Shown here: positions 27,986 to 43,010 of the stretch, piece after piece
Position numbering within the stretch: position 1 is the first letter of the stretch
How the letters are laid out: each line of letters begins with the position of its first letter
Assembly (NCBI GenBank): GCA_012295275.1
Contig: CM022667.1
Coordinates: forward strand, 7,502,001-7,566,000
Reading direction: 5' to 3'
Origin: Chrysomallon squamiferum
Lineage: Eukaryota; Animalia; Mollusca
Length of the DNA stretch: 64,000 nucleotides
The notes under the pieces: generated by a model
The model's database searches: none
Told to the model about the DNA's origin: nothing
What the model saw: the letters and a program-made list of their open reading frames with translations, nothing else
Position numbers and translations under genes: made by a program

Positions 27986-29329
27986 AAAGAAAAATGTAGT
28001 GAGACAATGGAAAGAGAGACAAAGAGACTGAGAGACAGAGAGATAAACAGAGACATAACAATTAAATGATTAACAAGAGTTGTAGGTTAATTATTCCTGT
28101 GTTCTGAACAATTTCACTTTCAGTGCTGCCCTGGACTCTGAGACTAACTAATGAGGTTCACTGGGTAACAATCTCTTATAGTCAGTAATGTGTGTACTTG
28201 GTGTCAACACTTTGCAACAAGTTATCACTGCAGTCGCAATAAGCCAGTCCAGAAAGTGTCATTTGTAATAGTACACTGTCACATGACTTCTAAATGCAGT
28301 GCAAATAGTTTCAGAAATATTTATTATTATTCTGTGAGACTTATTTCTGGATTATTTACTTATTGTTTATATTTTTACTATTATTTAATTTGATTTTATT
28401 TTATTAATTAATAAATTTACTTATTTACTTAATTCTATTTTATTATACCGTTATTTTATTTAATTTTTATTACTATTTATTTATTTATTATTGATTACTT
28501 TTTCTTTTTGTATATATTTATAATTTTTTTAAAATTATCAAACTTTGAAAATATGTTATTTTCCATTCCAACTATTTTTATAAACTACTTGATCTTTATC
28601 AGTTAATTCACAACAAACACTTATGATGATTCTGACAATATTTTACACTTAATAGACTAAATATTTTGTGTTATTAAAGTTCATTCTGACATATATCAGC
28701 TCTCTAAGCACTCTGCTGACTTTAAGGGAGAAAATAAGATTTTACATCTGTTTCATGCTGTGTTGTTGACAGAAGAATTAAACTGAGCAGTTTTCTGTGA
28801 GAAACACTGTGAATGAGAATACAGGAATGTGAAGTGTGTTTACAACAAAGTGCTCAATGATCTCCATTCTTAATTAATATGTGAACTCACCATACCTTGT
28901 CACCTGGCTTTGTTACATATTAACACTTATAATAATAGAAAATAATAAATTTACTAGCTATCACTCACTAGTTTCTTGAATAATAAATAATGAGGGCATG
29001 GAAAGAAATCTGTCATCAACTGTTTTCAAAAATTAACAACACAGGATCTTTAATGTAGATACAAAGAATTGATATACTACTTGTGAGTTCAGGTTGGAAT
29101 GTGAAAAACACTTTATTACAAGATCTGAGTTCAGTTTTACAACATTTCAAGCATTGGTAGTTTTTGACCAGGAGAAACAACAACAATAACATCAGTAATA
29201 ATATTAATAACAACAACAATAATATTAGTAATATAAGTTACGTATAACTGTACAAACATGAAATAAACTGAGAATCCGAGTCAAACTGTCAACACTGCTT
29301 TCACTGACTGCCTATTATAGTATGTGATA

Positions 29330-30168
29330 TCACATTTAAAGCAAGACATATAAAACCATGGTATGAGATATCACATTTATAGCAAGACATATAAAATCAC
29401 GGTTTGAAATATCATATTTATAACAAGACATGTATAAAACCATGGTATGTGATTTATAACAAGACATATAAAACCATGGTATGTGATTTATAACAAGACA
29501 TATATAAAACCATGGTATGTGATTTATAACAAGACATGTATAAAACTATAGTATGTGATTTATAACAAGATGTATAAAACCATGTTATGTGATTTATAAC
29601 AAGATGTATAAAACCATGTTATGTGATTTATAAAAAGATGTATAAAACCATGGTATGTGATTTATAACAAGATGTATAAAACCATGGTATGTGATTTATA
29701 ACAAGATGTATAAAACCATGGTATGTGATTTATAACAAGATGTATAAAACCATGGTATGTGATTTATAACAAGACATTTATAAAACCATGGTATGTGATT
29801 TATAACAAGATGTATAAAACCATGGTATGTGATTTATAACAAGACATATATAAAACCATGGTATGTGATTTATAACAAGATGTATAAAACCATGGTATGT
29901 GATTTATAACAAGACATATATAAAACAATGGTATGTGATTTATAACGAGACATATAAAACCATGGTATGTGATTTATAACAAGACATATAAAACCATGGT
30001 ATGTGATTTATAACAAGATATATATAAAACAATGGTATGTGATTTATAACGAGACATATAAAACCATGGTATGTGATTTATAAAAAGACATATAAAACCA
30101 TGGTATGTGATTTATAACAAGATGTATAAAACCATGGTATGTGATTTATAACAAGACATGTATAAAAG
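29330..30168. repeat. Minisatellite, 34-36 bp unit
   Basis: TATAAAACCATGGTATGTGATTTATAACAAGA(TG/CA) repeated; longer 43-bp variants at the 5' edge. Confidence 0.95.
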
Positions 30169-30789
30169 ATGTCCAAATACTACATGGAGACAGTGAAATT
30201 GTATTAAATTTTTTCTCATGACATCAAAATAAAAAAAATAATAAAAATAATACAATAATAAAAACTTTAGAAAATGTTTAGACACATTTCATCTACTAAT
30301 GAAAGAGAGGGAAACTAATGAGTGGAGTGGGTGAGATGAAGACAGGTAAAAATCTCTGTGACATTTTAATTAAATGGAGGTGACATTAGGAAATTAGAAG
30401 CAAAGTCAGTAATGGAACGTCAGAACAGATTCTTGTACATAGCAGTGTAGTAGTGTTTGATACAAAGTCATTTCGCTGCATATATATATATATATACAAA
30501 TCTTTGTTTATGTGAATGTATGTACAATGTGTGTGTGTGTGTTTGTGTTTGATGTGTTTATATATGTGTATAATGAATATATGCATGTGTAGAGTAACTA
30601 ACTAGTTTTAGCACACAGATAAACATGTCAAACACTGGTTAGTTGTGACAAGTGGACACACTTCATGTCACTCAAGTATTTCACTTCAGGCAACTGCACC
30701 AAGAAACAAAACCCACTCAGACGTGCGCACATTTTCCTCATTACAGAGGTGGGCAGTGTGGGTTGATGCTGGCAGTTATTTTAGTGCCT

Positions 30790-30997
30790 GTGTATGTATG
30801 TGTGAGTGTGTATGTATGTGTGAGTGTGTATTTGTGTGTAAGTGTGTATTTGTGTGTGTGAGTGTATTTGTGTGTGTGAGTGAGTGTGTGTTTAAGTGTG
30901 TGTATATGTATGTGTGAGTGTAAGTGTGTATGAATATATGTATTTGTGTGTGAGTGTAAGTGTGTATTTGTGTGAGTGTGTGTGTGTGTGTGTGTGT
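30790..30997. repeat. Compound (GT)n low-complexity repeat
   Basis: GTGTGAGTGTGTAT-like units ending in pure GT. Confidence 0.9.
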
Positions 30998-32079
30998 TTA
31001 CTGTATGTACTAATGGTTGTCTGCTGTAAGAGTTTTGTTGACAGTGTGGACTCCTACTTGAGAACATCACTCCTGGCAATTCAGGATGTCATTAACAAAA
31101 GATATGTATATACACTTCTGAAATCTCACTTATTTTCAGTGAGAACCAATTAATTCAGACAAAGTGCACCATAAAAATACAGTAACTGGAAAAAAATGTT
31201 TTGCACAATTATAATGAGAAACTGGAGGACATGTAGAGATGAAGAAGAAAAAAATCAGAAGAGAAAAAGAGAGAGAGATGGCTATGTAATGAGAAAGAGA
31301 AAGAACAAAAGAGGGTGAAAGACAGAAAGACATGTATATATGCAAAAAAGAGAGAAGGGTTTCTAATAATCACCTGATAGTAACTGACAGAAGTGTCAAA
31401 TAGTGAATGAAGCATGGATACTGTACTATGGTAGATGTAATCTACTCTCAGTTGAAATTATTCTTGTTCTTATCAGCAATCTAATAAAATACAGTGACAG
31501 AACCTAAACAGGAAATAAATAACAATACAGTACAAGATCACAACACTCTCTCTGTGTGTGTGTGTGTGTGTGTGTGTGAAATAAATGTAAATTTTATATT
31601 TACTTACTGAATCAAGAATTAAAGTTAATATTTGTGATCTAATCATAAAAATAAAAAAATAAATTTTGTTTAAATAGACCAAAACAAACGAAAGATAATT
31701 AAGATTAAAAGATTCCAGGAATCAAATAGTTAAAAAAAAATAAAAAAAATAAAAAGCATTGTTATTTGAGAAATGATAAATGAATTCACTGATCTAAATA
31801 TAAATAATGATAATAATAAAACAATAATAAACAAATATATAACAGAAATTTTATCTTTACGCAACTGTGAATCCAGAGACAAAATGATACACCAAATATA
31901 TAAATATAACAATAAACATGTATTTCTACATTTCTTTTTCTCTCATGACATAAACAATAACCTATGTTTCAACCCTGACACATACATACATACCTACATA
32001 CATACATACATATCTATATACACACCACACATCTTCATACTATCATGTGTTAGAAATCTCAGCACAGCTATAAGAGTGA

Positions 32080-32220
32080 GGCTGTGATAGGCCGCTATTC
32101 TATCAGAGCCATACCCGCCCCTCCACAAATCAATACACCAATCAGTCTGTGCATACATCAGCATCAACGACACTACACCATCGGCTACCACAACAAGTAC
32201 AGCTGCTGGGAGCTGCTAGA
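32080..32220. promoter_or_regulatory. Candidate core promoter (GC box, CCAAT box, Inr-like)
   Basis: CCCGCCCC 32114-32121, CCAAT 32138-32142, TCAGTC 32142-32147, locally GC-rich with retained CpGs in a CpG-poor window. Confidence 0.35.
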
Positions 32221-32899
32221 AATGTGCAGTTATGGATTATATTTATTGCTAATCTGTGGATTATAACAAGTGTAAAGTTGTGAAAGTTTCTGTTTGTTTT
32301 AAATTTAAAGTCTGTCTGTCAGATGTTTGTGTGGGATGTTTTCTTGTGAAATGGATTCCTAGATTAAAAAAGTAAGTAATAATACTGCTTCTTGTAGTTA
32401 AATATAAATAATTAAAAAAAAAATTATATAATAATATTACAAATATAATAATAATAATTTTATTTATTACTATCAATAATAGTATATCATAATGTAATAA
32501 TAATTTATTACCATTATTAACAATATACCATAAGGATCTGTTATCTGTAAAAACAATATATCATAATAATGTTACAGTTTGGCAGCTTAATAACAACATA
32601 CAATTACATATAACAGTAACACATTAATTTATTATTAACATGACAAAGAACAAGACTAATAATAATAGTAATAAAAATAATAATAAATAATAATTACTGT
32701 GATAAAATAATTTAAAAAAATGATATTCTAGTTAAGATTAAACAAAAAAATATATAAATAAATAATTAAAAATAATAATAAAATATAGTTACCTCCAAAA
32801 GAAAGTAAAAACAATGAACATTATCTAAAAATGTCAACAGTTTTAGTAACAATTCATGAAAACATAATGGTAATTATAATATGAAATGATATTGAAAAA

Positions 32900-33065
32900 C
32901 TCTACATATCACTAGTGTTGTACAACATACAGTACATATCTCTAGTTTTGTGCAACAGACTGTACATATCTCTAGTATTGTGCAACATATTGTACACCAC
33001 TAGTATTGTGCAACATATTGTACACCACTAGTATTGTGCAACAGATTGTACATATCGCTAGTACT
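32900..33065. repeat. ~28-30 bp degenerate tandem repeat
   Basis: CTAGTATTGTGCAACATATTGTACATATC repeated about 5 times. Confidence 0.85.
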
Positions 33066-33483
33066 GAATAAGAGATTAAATATATCATCAGTACTGCACA
33101 AAAGATTTTAGATATTTGCATTGCATAAATATATTCACCAGTAGTAAATACAAAAATATTTCTCTTTTCACTGTTATTTCTTATAGAACAGAAGTGTTTT
33201 TTGAAGTGGTTAAGATGAACATGTTTCTGTTTGTTTTTCTACAGTAATGTCTGAAACTAAATCTGTCCCTGGTTCTTCAGACATGACAGATACACACCTG
33301 ACACTGAGATAAAACAGTGAGACTTGGTGACTGATACATAGTTTGTCAATGAAACCAGAGGAAATTAAACTGTATAAAAGATATATTGTTAATATATAAT
33401 AAAAATTTAAGAAATTCTTAAGTTTTCAAAACACTTTTCTTTAAAATGTTGTCTACAAAACAGTTGTAAAACAGGGACTGATC

Positions 33484-34250
33484 CTACAACTCCCAGTTTG
33501 TTAGACAAAACACTGAGATAAAACAGTGAGACTGAGCTACAAAACACTGAGATAAAACAGTGAGACTTGGTGACTGACATACAACTCCCAGTTTGTCTAC
33601 AAAACACTGAGATAAAACAGTGAGACTTGGTGACTGACATACAACTCCCAGTTTGTCTACAAAACACTGAGATAAAACAGTGAGACTTGGTGACTGACAT
33701 ACAACTCCCAGTTTGTCTACAAAACACTGAGATAAAACAGTGAGACTTGGTGACTGACATACAACTCCCAGTTTGTCTACAAAACACTGAGATAAAACAG
33801 TGAGACTTGGTGACTGACATACAACTCCCAGTTTGTCTACAAAACACTGAGATAAAACAGTGAGACTTGGTGACTGACATACAACTCCCAGTTTGTCTAC
33901 AAAACACTGAGATAAAACAGTGAGACTTGGTGACTGGTCTACAACTCCCAGTTTGTCTACAAAACACTGAGATAAAACAGTGAGACTTGGTGACTGACAT
34001 ACAACTCCCAGTTTGTCTACAAAACACTGAGATAACACAGTGAGACTTGGTGACTGACATACAACTCCCAGTTTGTCTACAAAACACTGAGATAAAACAG
34101 TGAGACTTGGTGACTGGTCTACAACTCCCAGTTTGTCTACAAAAGACAGATCAAACAGTGAGACTTGGTGGCTGGTCTACAACTCCCAGTTTGTCTACAA
34201 AATACTGAGATCAAATAGTGAGACTTGGTGGCTGATCTACAACTCACAGT
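33484..34250. repeat. Highly homogeneous 60 bp minisatellite, with a detached partial unit at 33301-33350
   Basis: AAAACACTGAGATAAAACAGTGAGACTTGGTGACTGACATACAACTCCCAGTTTGTCTAC in exact 60-bp register from 33541 to 34140. Confidence 0.98.
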
Positions 34251-35636
34251 GACAGTGTTGAACTCACAGACCAGTCTACTCAAAAAGAAAAAAGTTTTAA
34301 ATGTGGCACTAAGTCTTATGAAGATATTTCCACAAGTCCCAGTGTATTCTGAGAAATTAACTCAGAGTGAAATTTTTATATATATATATATATATAAAAC
34401 ACTAGACAAAAGAGGTAAATAATAATAATAATAAAGTAAAATATTTTAGAAACAAATCTAAAAAGTTTTCAAAACAAGGTGTTTTTAAATAAATTTCACT
34501 TTTTCTAATATTAACACAACTCTCACAAGAACAAAGTCTAAAAAGATCTACCACTTTAAAACAGTGTGCAATCATGTTTAGAAAATAACCTTATGTTACA
34601 CTCATGTTGCATCAACAGGCAACTCTAAACTTTCTAAAATCCTCTTTTCAAATTAACTAGTTTTGACACTGTAAGTAAATGAATGATTTAAACTGTAACC
34701 TGATTCTGTGCTAACACGACTGGTACAGATTTATACATTAAACCAAACCTTCATTAGCAGCAGTAAAACAGGGCATCAGTTTAAAACAAATTCAACTTGT
34801 TATCAAATTTCTGATATTTTATTTATCAAATGTAAAAGAAGTCGTCTGCTTCCTCAATTTGACTATCTTTTATTTGTGGTCAGCAGCAAGGTGTGTTTTA
34901 TCTGTACTTTTATAAAGTACACAACACAGTACTTAACAGATCCTAGGCCTGATCACTTGATGCTCTGTATAGCCAACGTGAACTCAGATTTTGAGTCCAA
35001 CACACATACACACACAAAGATGAAAAACAACACACACACACACACAGACATACAAATCGACAATACCATATATCTGCATAGTTACATACATACATACAAA
35101 CACATATAATACATATATTCAATCACACACACACAGAGAAGATCAGAGTAAATTACATATATTTGACAGAAAGAGAAAAGATCAATTTCTTACATCAGTA
35201 AATACAGTGTGTACTTTTTCTAATTAAATCATGTTATGAAAACACAGAGTTCATTCTAATAAAGCTTTTTTTTAATTTTTTTTTTTTTACATTTCCTACA
35301 AGTATTGATGAGTTAATGATGTTAATGATCAATGAAAGGTTTCAAAGTTTCAACAAAGAGAGCAAGTTATCAATAGAAGTAAGACGATTTTCCCCAGATT
35401 ATCAATATGCCACAACCAGATTAAAATAACAGACAGAGTAACAGAATTAAGTTTACATCCTGAAACAGGATTGACACTACATCCTGAAGCAGAATTATGA
35501 TTATATCAATAAAAATGTTTTTCTTCAAATCTATGATTTATAGATTATAAGAAGATTAACATTAATAAGATTACACTTTGATCACTAAACTAGAAAAATA
35601 TTGATACAACCAGAACTGTCAACCAGAACTGTCATT

Positions 35637-36058
35637 GAAAACAGTATTGTTAGTTATTTAAAACAGTATTGTTACATGTTATTTAAAACAGTATTGTTAC
35701 ACATTATTTAAAACAGTATTGTTACATGTTATTTGAAAACAGTATTGTTACAGTTTATTTAAAACAGTATTGTTACATGTTATTTAAAACAGTATTGTTA
35801 CAGTTTATTTAAAACAGTATTGTTTCATTGTTATTTAAAACATGTTATTTAAAACAGTATTGTTACAAGTTATTTAAAACAGTATTGTTACAAGTTATTT
35901 AAAACAGAATTGTTACAAGTTATTTAAAACAGAATTGCTACAAGTTATTTAAAACAGTGTTGTTACAAGTTATTTAAAACAGTGTTGTTACAAGTTATTT
36001 AAAACAGTACTGTCACAAAGTATTTAAAACAGTATTGTTAGAAGTTACTGAAAACAGT
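35637..36058. repeat. Minisatellite, 25 bp unit
   Basis: TTATTTAAAACAGTATTGTTACA(T/A)G repeated. Confidence 0.95.
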
Positions 36059-37070
36059 AGACAATAGCTAACCACAACACAAAGTAACTAATTATCACAC
36101 ACAGTATTAAGTCACTGCAGTGCTGTCATTCCAGTGTGTAACTGATTAGTTTGTTTTGCACCACACAAAGTACACCTGTGAGTTATATTTTCTCACCAGT
36201 TCTAATCAGACCACACACTGACATGGAGCATACTGGGCTGTCTGCTAATGAGACAGAAGATTAAGTAGAGGATGAAAAATAATAAACATTTCTCTGTAGG
36301 CATGGTAACAAGTTTAAAACGGTTTACAAATTTCTTCTTTATGTAATTAATTAGCTTGTGTTCACAGTATGCCGATCAGTGAATGAAAGAAACCTCAAAA
36401 CAACACCTGAAAATAGGCTTTTTTTGTGTTAGGATTTTGAACACTGATCAAAAATAATTATGTTCCCTCTGGTTATTTATCTAAAATTATACATATGTTT
36501 TATGACTTTGTTGTATAAAAATAAAGTTTTTACCTTGCTATGTATGTACTTTTACAAAATATATCTGATTGTTATTAAATGGTAATGTGAAACAGACAGA
36601 GACGCGTTATTGTACAAGGTATGAGTTAAAATACTTTTATCTAATTAGGATGTGTAAGTAACAGGTTTGAAATTACAAAATGAATCACTTGTCAGAAGAT
36701 GTAAAACTGAGCAGTCAAACAATCTCACCTGCTTCGCTTTACCAAGATAAAATCTGCTACAGTGGCATGACCAAAGTACTTAAATTTGTCTCTTAGAGAG
36801 AAGTAAACTGTGGTGTGAGACCACCAATTAACCCTGTCCAGTGTTTAATTACCAGCTCCAGTCTGACAACAAGTGTCTTATTCGTGACACTCACTTAGCT
36901 AGTCCATCTCAGTTAACTCGGGCTGGGAAGTCACTAGGCAATAACCCACTGGAGAGCAAGCTGTAGACTAAAACACTGGGATGGAACCAACTGAGACTGG
37001 AAGTGTTAGGCTAAGAACTTACTGACAGAATTCTCAGGACTGGAGCATGTAAGGAAACGACTGCACGGTC

Positions 37071-37779
37071 CCTGTTTCATAGGAGACCTGACAAAGTCAC
37101 TTTTAACTCTTTAAAATGAAACCTGTTTCATAGGAGACCTGACAAAGTCACTTTTAACTCTTTAAAATGAAACCTGTTTCATAGGAGATCTGACAAAGTC
37201 ACTTTTAACTCTTTAAAATGAAACCTGTTTCATAGGAGACCTGACAAAGTCACTTTTAACTCTTTAAAATGAAACCTGTTTCATAGGAGACCTGACAAAG
37301 TCACTTTTAACTCTTTAAAATGAAACCTGTTTCATAGGAGACCTGACAAAGTCACTTTTAACTCTTTAAAATGAAACCTGTTTCATAGGAAACCTGACAA
37401 AGTCACTTTTAACTCTTTAAAATGAAACCTGTTTCATAGGAGACCTGACAAAGTCACTTTTAACTCTTTAAAATGAAACCTGTTTCATAGGAGATCTGAC
37501 AAAGTCACTTTTAACTCTTTAAAATGAAACCTGTTTCATAGGAGACCTGACAAAGTCACTTTTAACTCTTTAAAATGAAACCTGTTTCATAGGAGACCTG
37601 ACAAAGTCAAATTTTAAACAAAAATGAAAAACCTGTTTCATAGGAGACCTGACAAAGTCACTTTTAACTCTTTAAAATGAAACCTGTTTCATAGGAAACC
37701 TGACAAAGTCACTTTTAACTCTTTAAAATGAAACCTGTTTCACAGGAGACCTGACAAAGTCACTTTTAACTCTTTAAAA
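37071..37779. repeat. Minisatellite, 51 bp unit
   Basis: CCTGTTTCATAGGAGACCTGACAAAGTCACTTTTAACTCTTTAAAATGAAA, about 14 copies. Confidence 0.97.
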
Positions 37780-38604
37780 CTAAAGTATACATACATGTTA
37801 CAGTGCAAAGGTTGGTATGAGAACAAATAATAAACAAGAGTGAAAAGTATCATCTTTACTTGCAGCAGTCTGATAAATTTACAGGTTTCTTCTTCAGTGT
37901 AGCAGTCAAAGCATAATAAAAATATTAAAATAAAAAAAAACACTTTTATTTTATGTCATCTAAACAGTTAATACTTTGTCATTATTTTGATAAACTGATA
38001 AAAGTAAATCTGATTTGTGTATTAAAACAAAGTTTTTAAAATAAACTGAACTAAGAGTTAAATTAATGTAATTCTAACGAAACACACACACACTGTATTC
38101 AAACATATCCACATGGTCTAGTTCAGACAAAATACTAATCTGAACATTAAAACCAAACATTTGTTCATCTCTGTTTACTTTTACTGGAAATGTAGATACA
38201 CATTTCTATTTTTATAACAAAACAAATGAAATCTGGCACTTTGTCAAGTTCTGCAATCAGCTTTATTGAAAAGATTTTTAAATTTTACTTTTAGTGGTAG
38301 CCTTTTTTTCCTGTACTGTTAATACATAATAACAACAACAAAAACAGAATTTCAATTTATTAATATATTAAACAGACATTCTTCTTTTTATTCTCAATAT
38401 TACAAGTGTTTTACACTCTGTAGAAAATTACAACATATCTTCATTGTTATCTTATATCATTATATCATTATACACTACTTAAATACAACACACATACTTA
38501 ACTATACTGATATCTGTCAGTCAAATATTTCCTTTATTACTTCACTTTTCTCATTACATGCTGTACTTTATAATAATAACTATAAAACATATAATTAACA
38601 GCTG

Positions 38605-39798
38605 AACCATAGAGTCTAGAGAAAGTACACTGTTCTAGATAAATGATACAACCACTGAGTTCTAGAGCAAGTATACTGTTCTAGATAAATGATATAACCA
38701 CTGAGTTCTAGAGCTAGTTTACTGTTCTAGATAAATGATACAACCACTGAGTTCTAGAGCAAGTACACTGTTCTAGATAAATGATATAACCACTGAGTTC
38801 TAGAGCTAGTTTACTGTTCTAGATAAATGATATAACCACTGAGTTCTAGAGCAAGTACACTGTTCTAGATAAATGATATAACCACTGAGTTCTAGAGCTA
38901 GTTTACTGTTCTAGATAAATGATACAACCACTGAGTTCTAGAGCTAGTTTACTGTTCTAGATAAATGATATAACCACTGAGTTCTAGAGCTAGTTTACTG
39001 TTCTAGATAAATGATATAACCACTGAGTTCTAGAGCAAGTACACTGTTCTAGATAAATGATATAACCACTGAGTTCTAGAGCAAGTATACTGTTCTAGAT
39101 AAATGATATAACCACTGAGTTCTAGAGCAAGTACACTGTTCTAGATAAATGATATAACCACTGAGTTCTAGAGCAAGTATACTGTTCTAGATAAATGATA
39201 TAACCACTGAGTTCTAGAGCTAGCTTACTGTTCTAGATAAATGATATAACCACTGAGTTCTAGAGCTAGCTTACTGTTCTAGATAAATGATATAACCACT
39301 GAGTTCTAGAGCAAGTATACTGTTCTAGATAAATGATATAACCACTGAGTTCTAGAGCAAGTATACTGTTCTAGATAAATGATATAACCACTGAGTTCTA
39401 GAGCTAGCTTACTGTTCTAGATAAATGATATAACCACTGAGTTCTAGAGCTAGTATACAGTTCTAGATAAATGATATAACCACTGTGTTCTAAAGCTAGT
39501 ATACAGTTCTAGATAAATGATATAACCACTGTTATAAAGCAAGTATACTGTTCTAGATAAATGATATAATCACCGAGTTCTAGAGCAAGTATACTGTTCT
39601 AGATAAATGATATAACCAGAGTTCTAGAGCTAATTTACAGTTCTAGATAAATGATATAACCACTGAGTTCTAGAGCTAGTTTACAGTTCTAGATAAATGA
39701 TATAACCACTGAGTTCTAGAGCTAGTTTACAGTTCTAGATAAATGATATAACCACTGAGTTCTAGAGCTAGTTTACAGTTCTAGATAAATGATATAAC
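38605..39798. repeat. Minisatellite, 46 bp unit
   Basis: TGTTCTAGATAAATGATATAACCACTGAGTTCTAGAGC(T/A)AGT(TT/AT/AC)AC, about 25 copies. Confidence 0.97.
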
Positions 39799-42700
39799 AC
39801 AGTTAATGAAATGGATATTTAATGTAACAGATTATATTAATTATTATTCAAGGTTGATCTTATCAATGTGACAAACAATCCATGAACTGGTAAAAACATT
39901 TCTCAAAGCTGCTGCCATTTATGGCTGAGTGGCTGTTTTTGAAATGAGTCTGTTTATAATAACCAACTAATGTACAAGCTTTGGATGCTTCATTTAAAAA
40001 AGATAAAATGATAATCAACGATGTGTAGATATCTATGGCATAACATTACACATGTCGACAGTAGAATTTATTACAAACAGCATCCATTCACAAACACAAC
40101 TGAGGGAAGATAAGAAACCATAAAGAAATTCCCAAAGTTTTGTTTTTTGCTCTTTCTTATTATTTTGCTTGCAGTCAGAAACCTCTTTTATCTTTTTATG
40201 TATTTGTTTTTCTTTCTTCTTTTTAACAAAGGGTTTTTTTTTTTTTTTTTTTATTTTACTTTTTTGTTGTTGTTTTGTTCCTGTGTGAAATGAGAATGGG
40301 ATGAAAATGGAAAGGTAAATTTATTTTTTGAAAGCCACCTCCAGACAGCATTGGTTGAAAATTAAATAAAGATAGGATTTCAGCCAGTTTTTATTATATT
40401 GTATATTTATATCACTCTCACAAATTTAATTTGTTTCAGTAACTTATTGATTTCTTTATGTTGTTAAAATATTGGACAAAAAAGTTGAAATCCGTAAACA
40501 AATATTTGGACTTCTGCCATAGACTGTCAACCTTTGTTAATAATAAAGTTAACAAACCCGTGTTTGTTTTCTTCTCTTTCTTTTGTACTTTTAAAGCAAT
40601 AAAATAGCATGTTGACAAAGAAATCCTTGTAGACCAATAATACTGCTGAGTACCACTGACAAGTATTAAAATGTAATTTGTCTGTTCACATTTTCTTTAA
40701 CACAACAAACCTGAAGTCAGTGACTTTTTATTCCTCAGAGCAAAGAAGCTAAATTTGTTTTGACACAAGGAACCTACTTTCTTTTTCCTTTTTTTTAAAT
40801 GTAATTTCGAACAGAAGCAGTGTCTTAATTTGTGACTTCCTGTAGGGTAGATCATCTATATTCCATGTAACACATGTGCAAGATTATGTTCTGTGTAACT
40901 ACGTTCAACACAACTGTGTCCAATGTAACCCTATATTTAATGTAACTTCTATATTCAGTGTAACTTTAATATTGAATGTTATCCTATGTTCAAGAAGGCA
41001 CCATCTCTCCCACAAGGCCATACCTATTGGTAACACTATTTGTTTTAATATACATTTAACATCAGAACTTACATACTGAGTAAAATCTGAAGAAATTTTT
41101 ATAATCCCTTTGTTAGCAGATTAAAATCAGGTTTTATCTAAGTTGTTCTGAAACTCGTCTCACCTGACTAACTCAGAGATGTCACAGCAGACGGAGACAT
41201 GGGGGGGGGTAAGGTCAAAGGAAATGAAATTTGCTTTTAATGACATCCTCAAACCGGATAAATAATCACAAGCACATTTTCAGATTTCTGAAAAAAACAA
41301 CTGCTGCAGATTTTCATATATTTTATAATCTAATATTTATATCCATTTGTATCCATATTAAAAATGTTGAACAAGCATGCAGCTATACTCATACATGTTC
41401 CACACATACAAAAGTATTTTAACACTAACATTATTCATTACACAATGACATTTTAGTAATTTAAACCGAAGATATAAATTCTGCATTAATAAAGTGTGTT
41501 ACCTGTCACTGGATTCAATTCAATTATCTGTTTTACTGATGTTTTCTGTGGGACAGGCAGTTAACAAACAATGGAATATTGAAATTAGTAAATCCATGTT
41601 ACTTTAATTTGTTAAATTGCTTCAGGAATGAAACTAGATATCAATCAAAAGAAAAAAAATATATAATTCTAATGAATAATATTTTGTGAAGGTTTTATCA
41701 AAGTGGTGTGTAACTTCAACTAATTTTAAATAATGTGGAAGTGGATCCAAAAAAATAAACAAACACAAAAAAAAAAAAAAAAAATAGAAAATAAATAAAT
41801 AATAAAAAACAAAACCAAAAAAACAACAATAAAAAAACACAGTGATTTAACAGGTACATGAGTTTCTAAATAGTTTTTGTTTCACAAAGAATTACCTCCT
41901 GTTATTTGTAATTTAAATAATGTCTAATATTTAACTTAATATTTACTATAAAAATAAGTGTCACAGGCTGACTGCATGTGAACTACATTACATAAATACC
42001 TGTAATGTTTCCATAGATATGTCAGAAAGACAGGTGTTATGTGAACAACATTTCAGTAACAAATATTTTTTCACATTTGTGAGAAACAAGATAGAACTGA
42101 GTAATTAAACGATAATGGTAATCATGGATTGATCTCTTTCAACAGTGAGTAAAAACAAGCTTATATTTCAAACCACATAAGAAATTAAAAATGTTCACTT
42201 ATTTGATTAATATTTAACATTATAATTAGACAAGCTGTTTGAAGTCCGCCATTTTAATTTTGAGCTTTATGAATATTGTATCATGTATTTTATTCAGTTT
42301 GTTGTTAAGCAAACAAAAATAAGACATTAATATCACAGCCTGCAGCAGTTTCAGTTTTATCAATAATGTATTAGCAGTGTACAGAACCAAATACATCTGT
42401 GAAAATTGTTCAAAACCCACAAAACAAATTATAATAAATAAATAAATAGTAGTAGTAGTAGTAGTAGTATTAGTAGCAGTAGCAGTAATAATGATGATGG
42501 TGATGTTAATAATAACAATAATAATAAACAAAAAATACTAAAACACAAAATACAAGGTTTTTTGGGTTTTTTTTTTAAATGACGGAAATAATAAAAAAAA
42601 GAAAAGAAAAGAAAAAATATAAATAAAAAAGAAAGGAAAAATTTTAAAAATTGCATGGGTGATGGCATTTTAGATCAAAAGTTTGAGTTTTATTGAGTGA

Positions 42701-42804
42701 AAACTATTTAAAAAATAACACAGAAGTCATTACAAGCGTGTTGTATAATAAAATAGACATACATACCACATACACTAACACAGGCACTCACATACACATT
42801 TATT

Positions 42805-43010
<206 letters not shown>

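Noticed and set aside
26517-28069. Similar peptides in ORFs at 26.5-26.9 kb and 27.7-28.1 kb
   Set aside because: They reflect the ~300 bp DNA duplication plus (GA)n; frames are not preserved between copies
33407-34087. 226-aa and 184-aa minus-strand repeat-protein ORFs
   Set aside because: Translation of a stop-free 60-bp tandem unit in two frames; no unique coding flanks or codon-position bias in variants
15311-39798. CRISPR-like appearance of 30-50 bp arrays with palindromic units
   Set aside because: Units are head-to-tail with no unique spacers, no cas genes, and the context is eukaryotic
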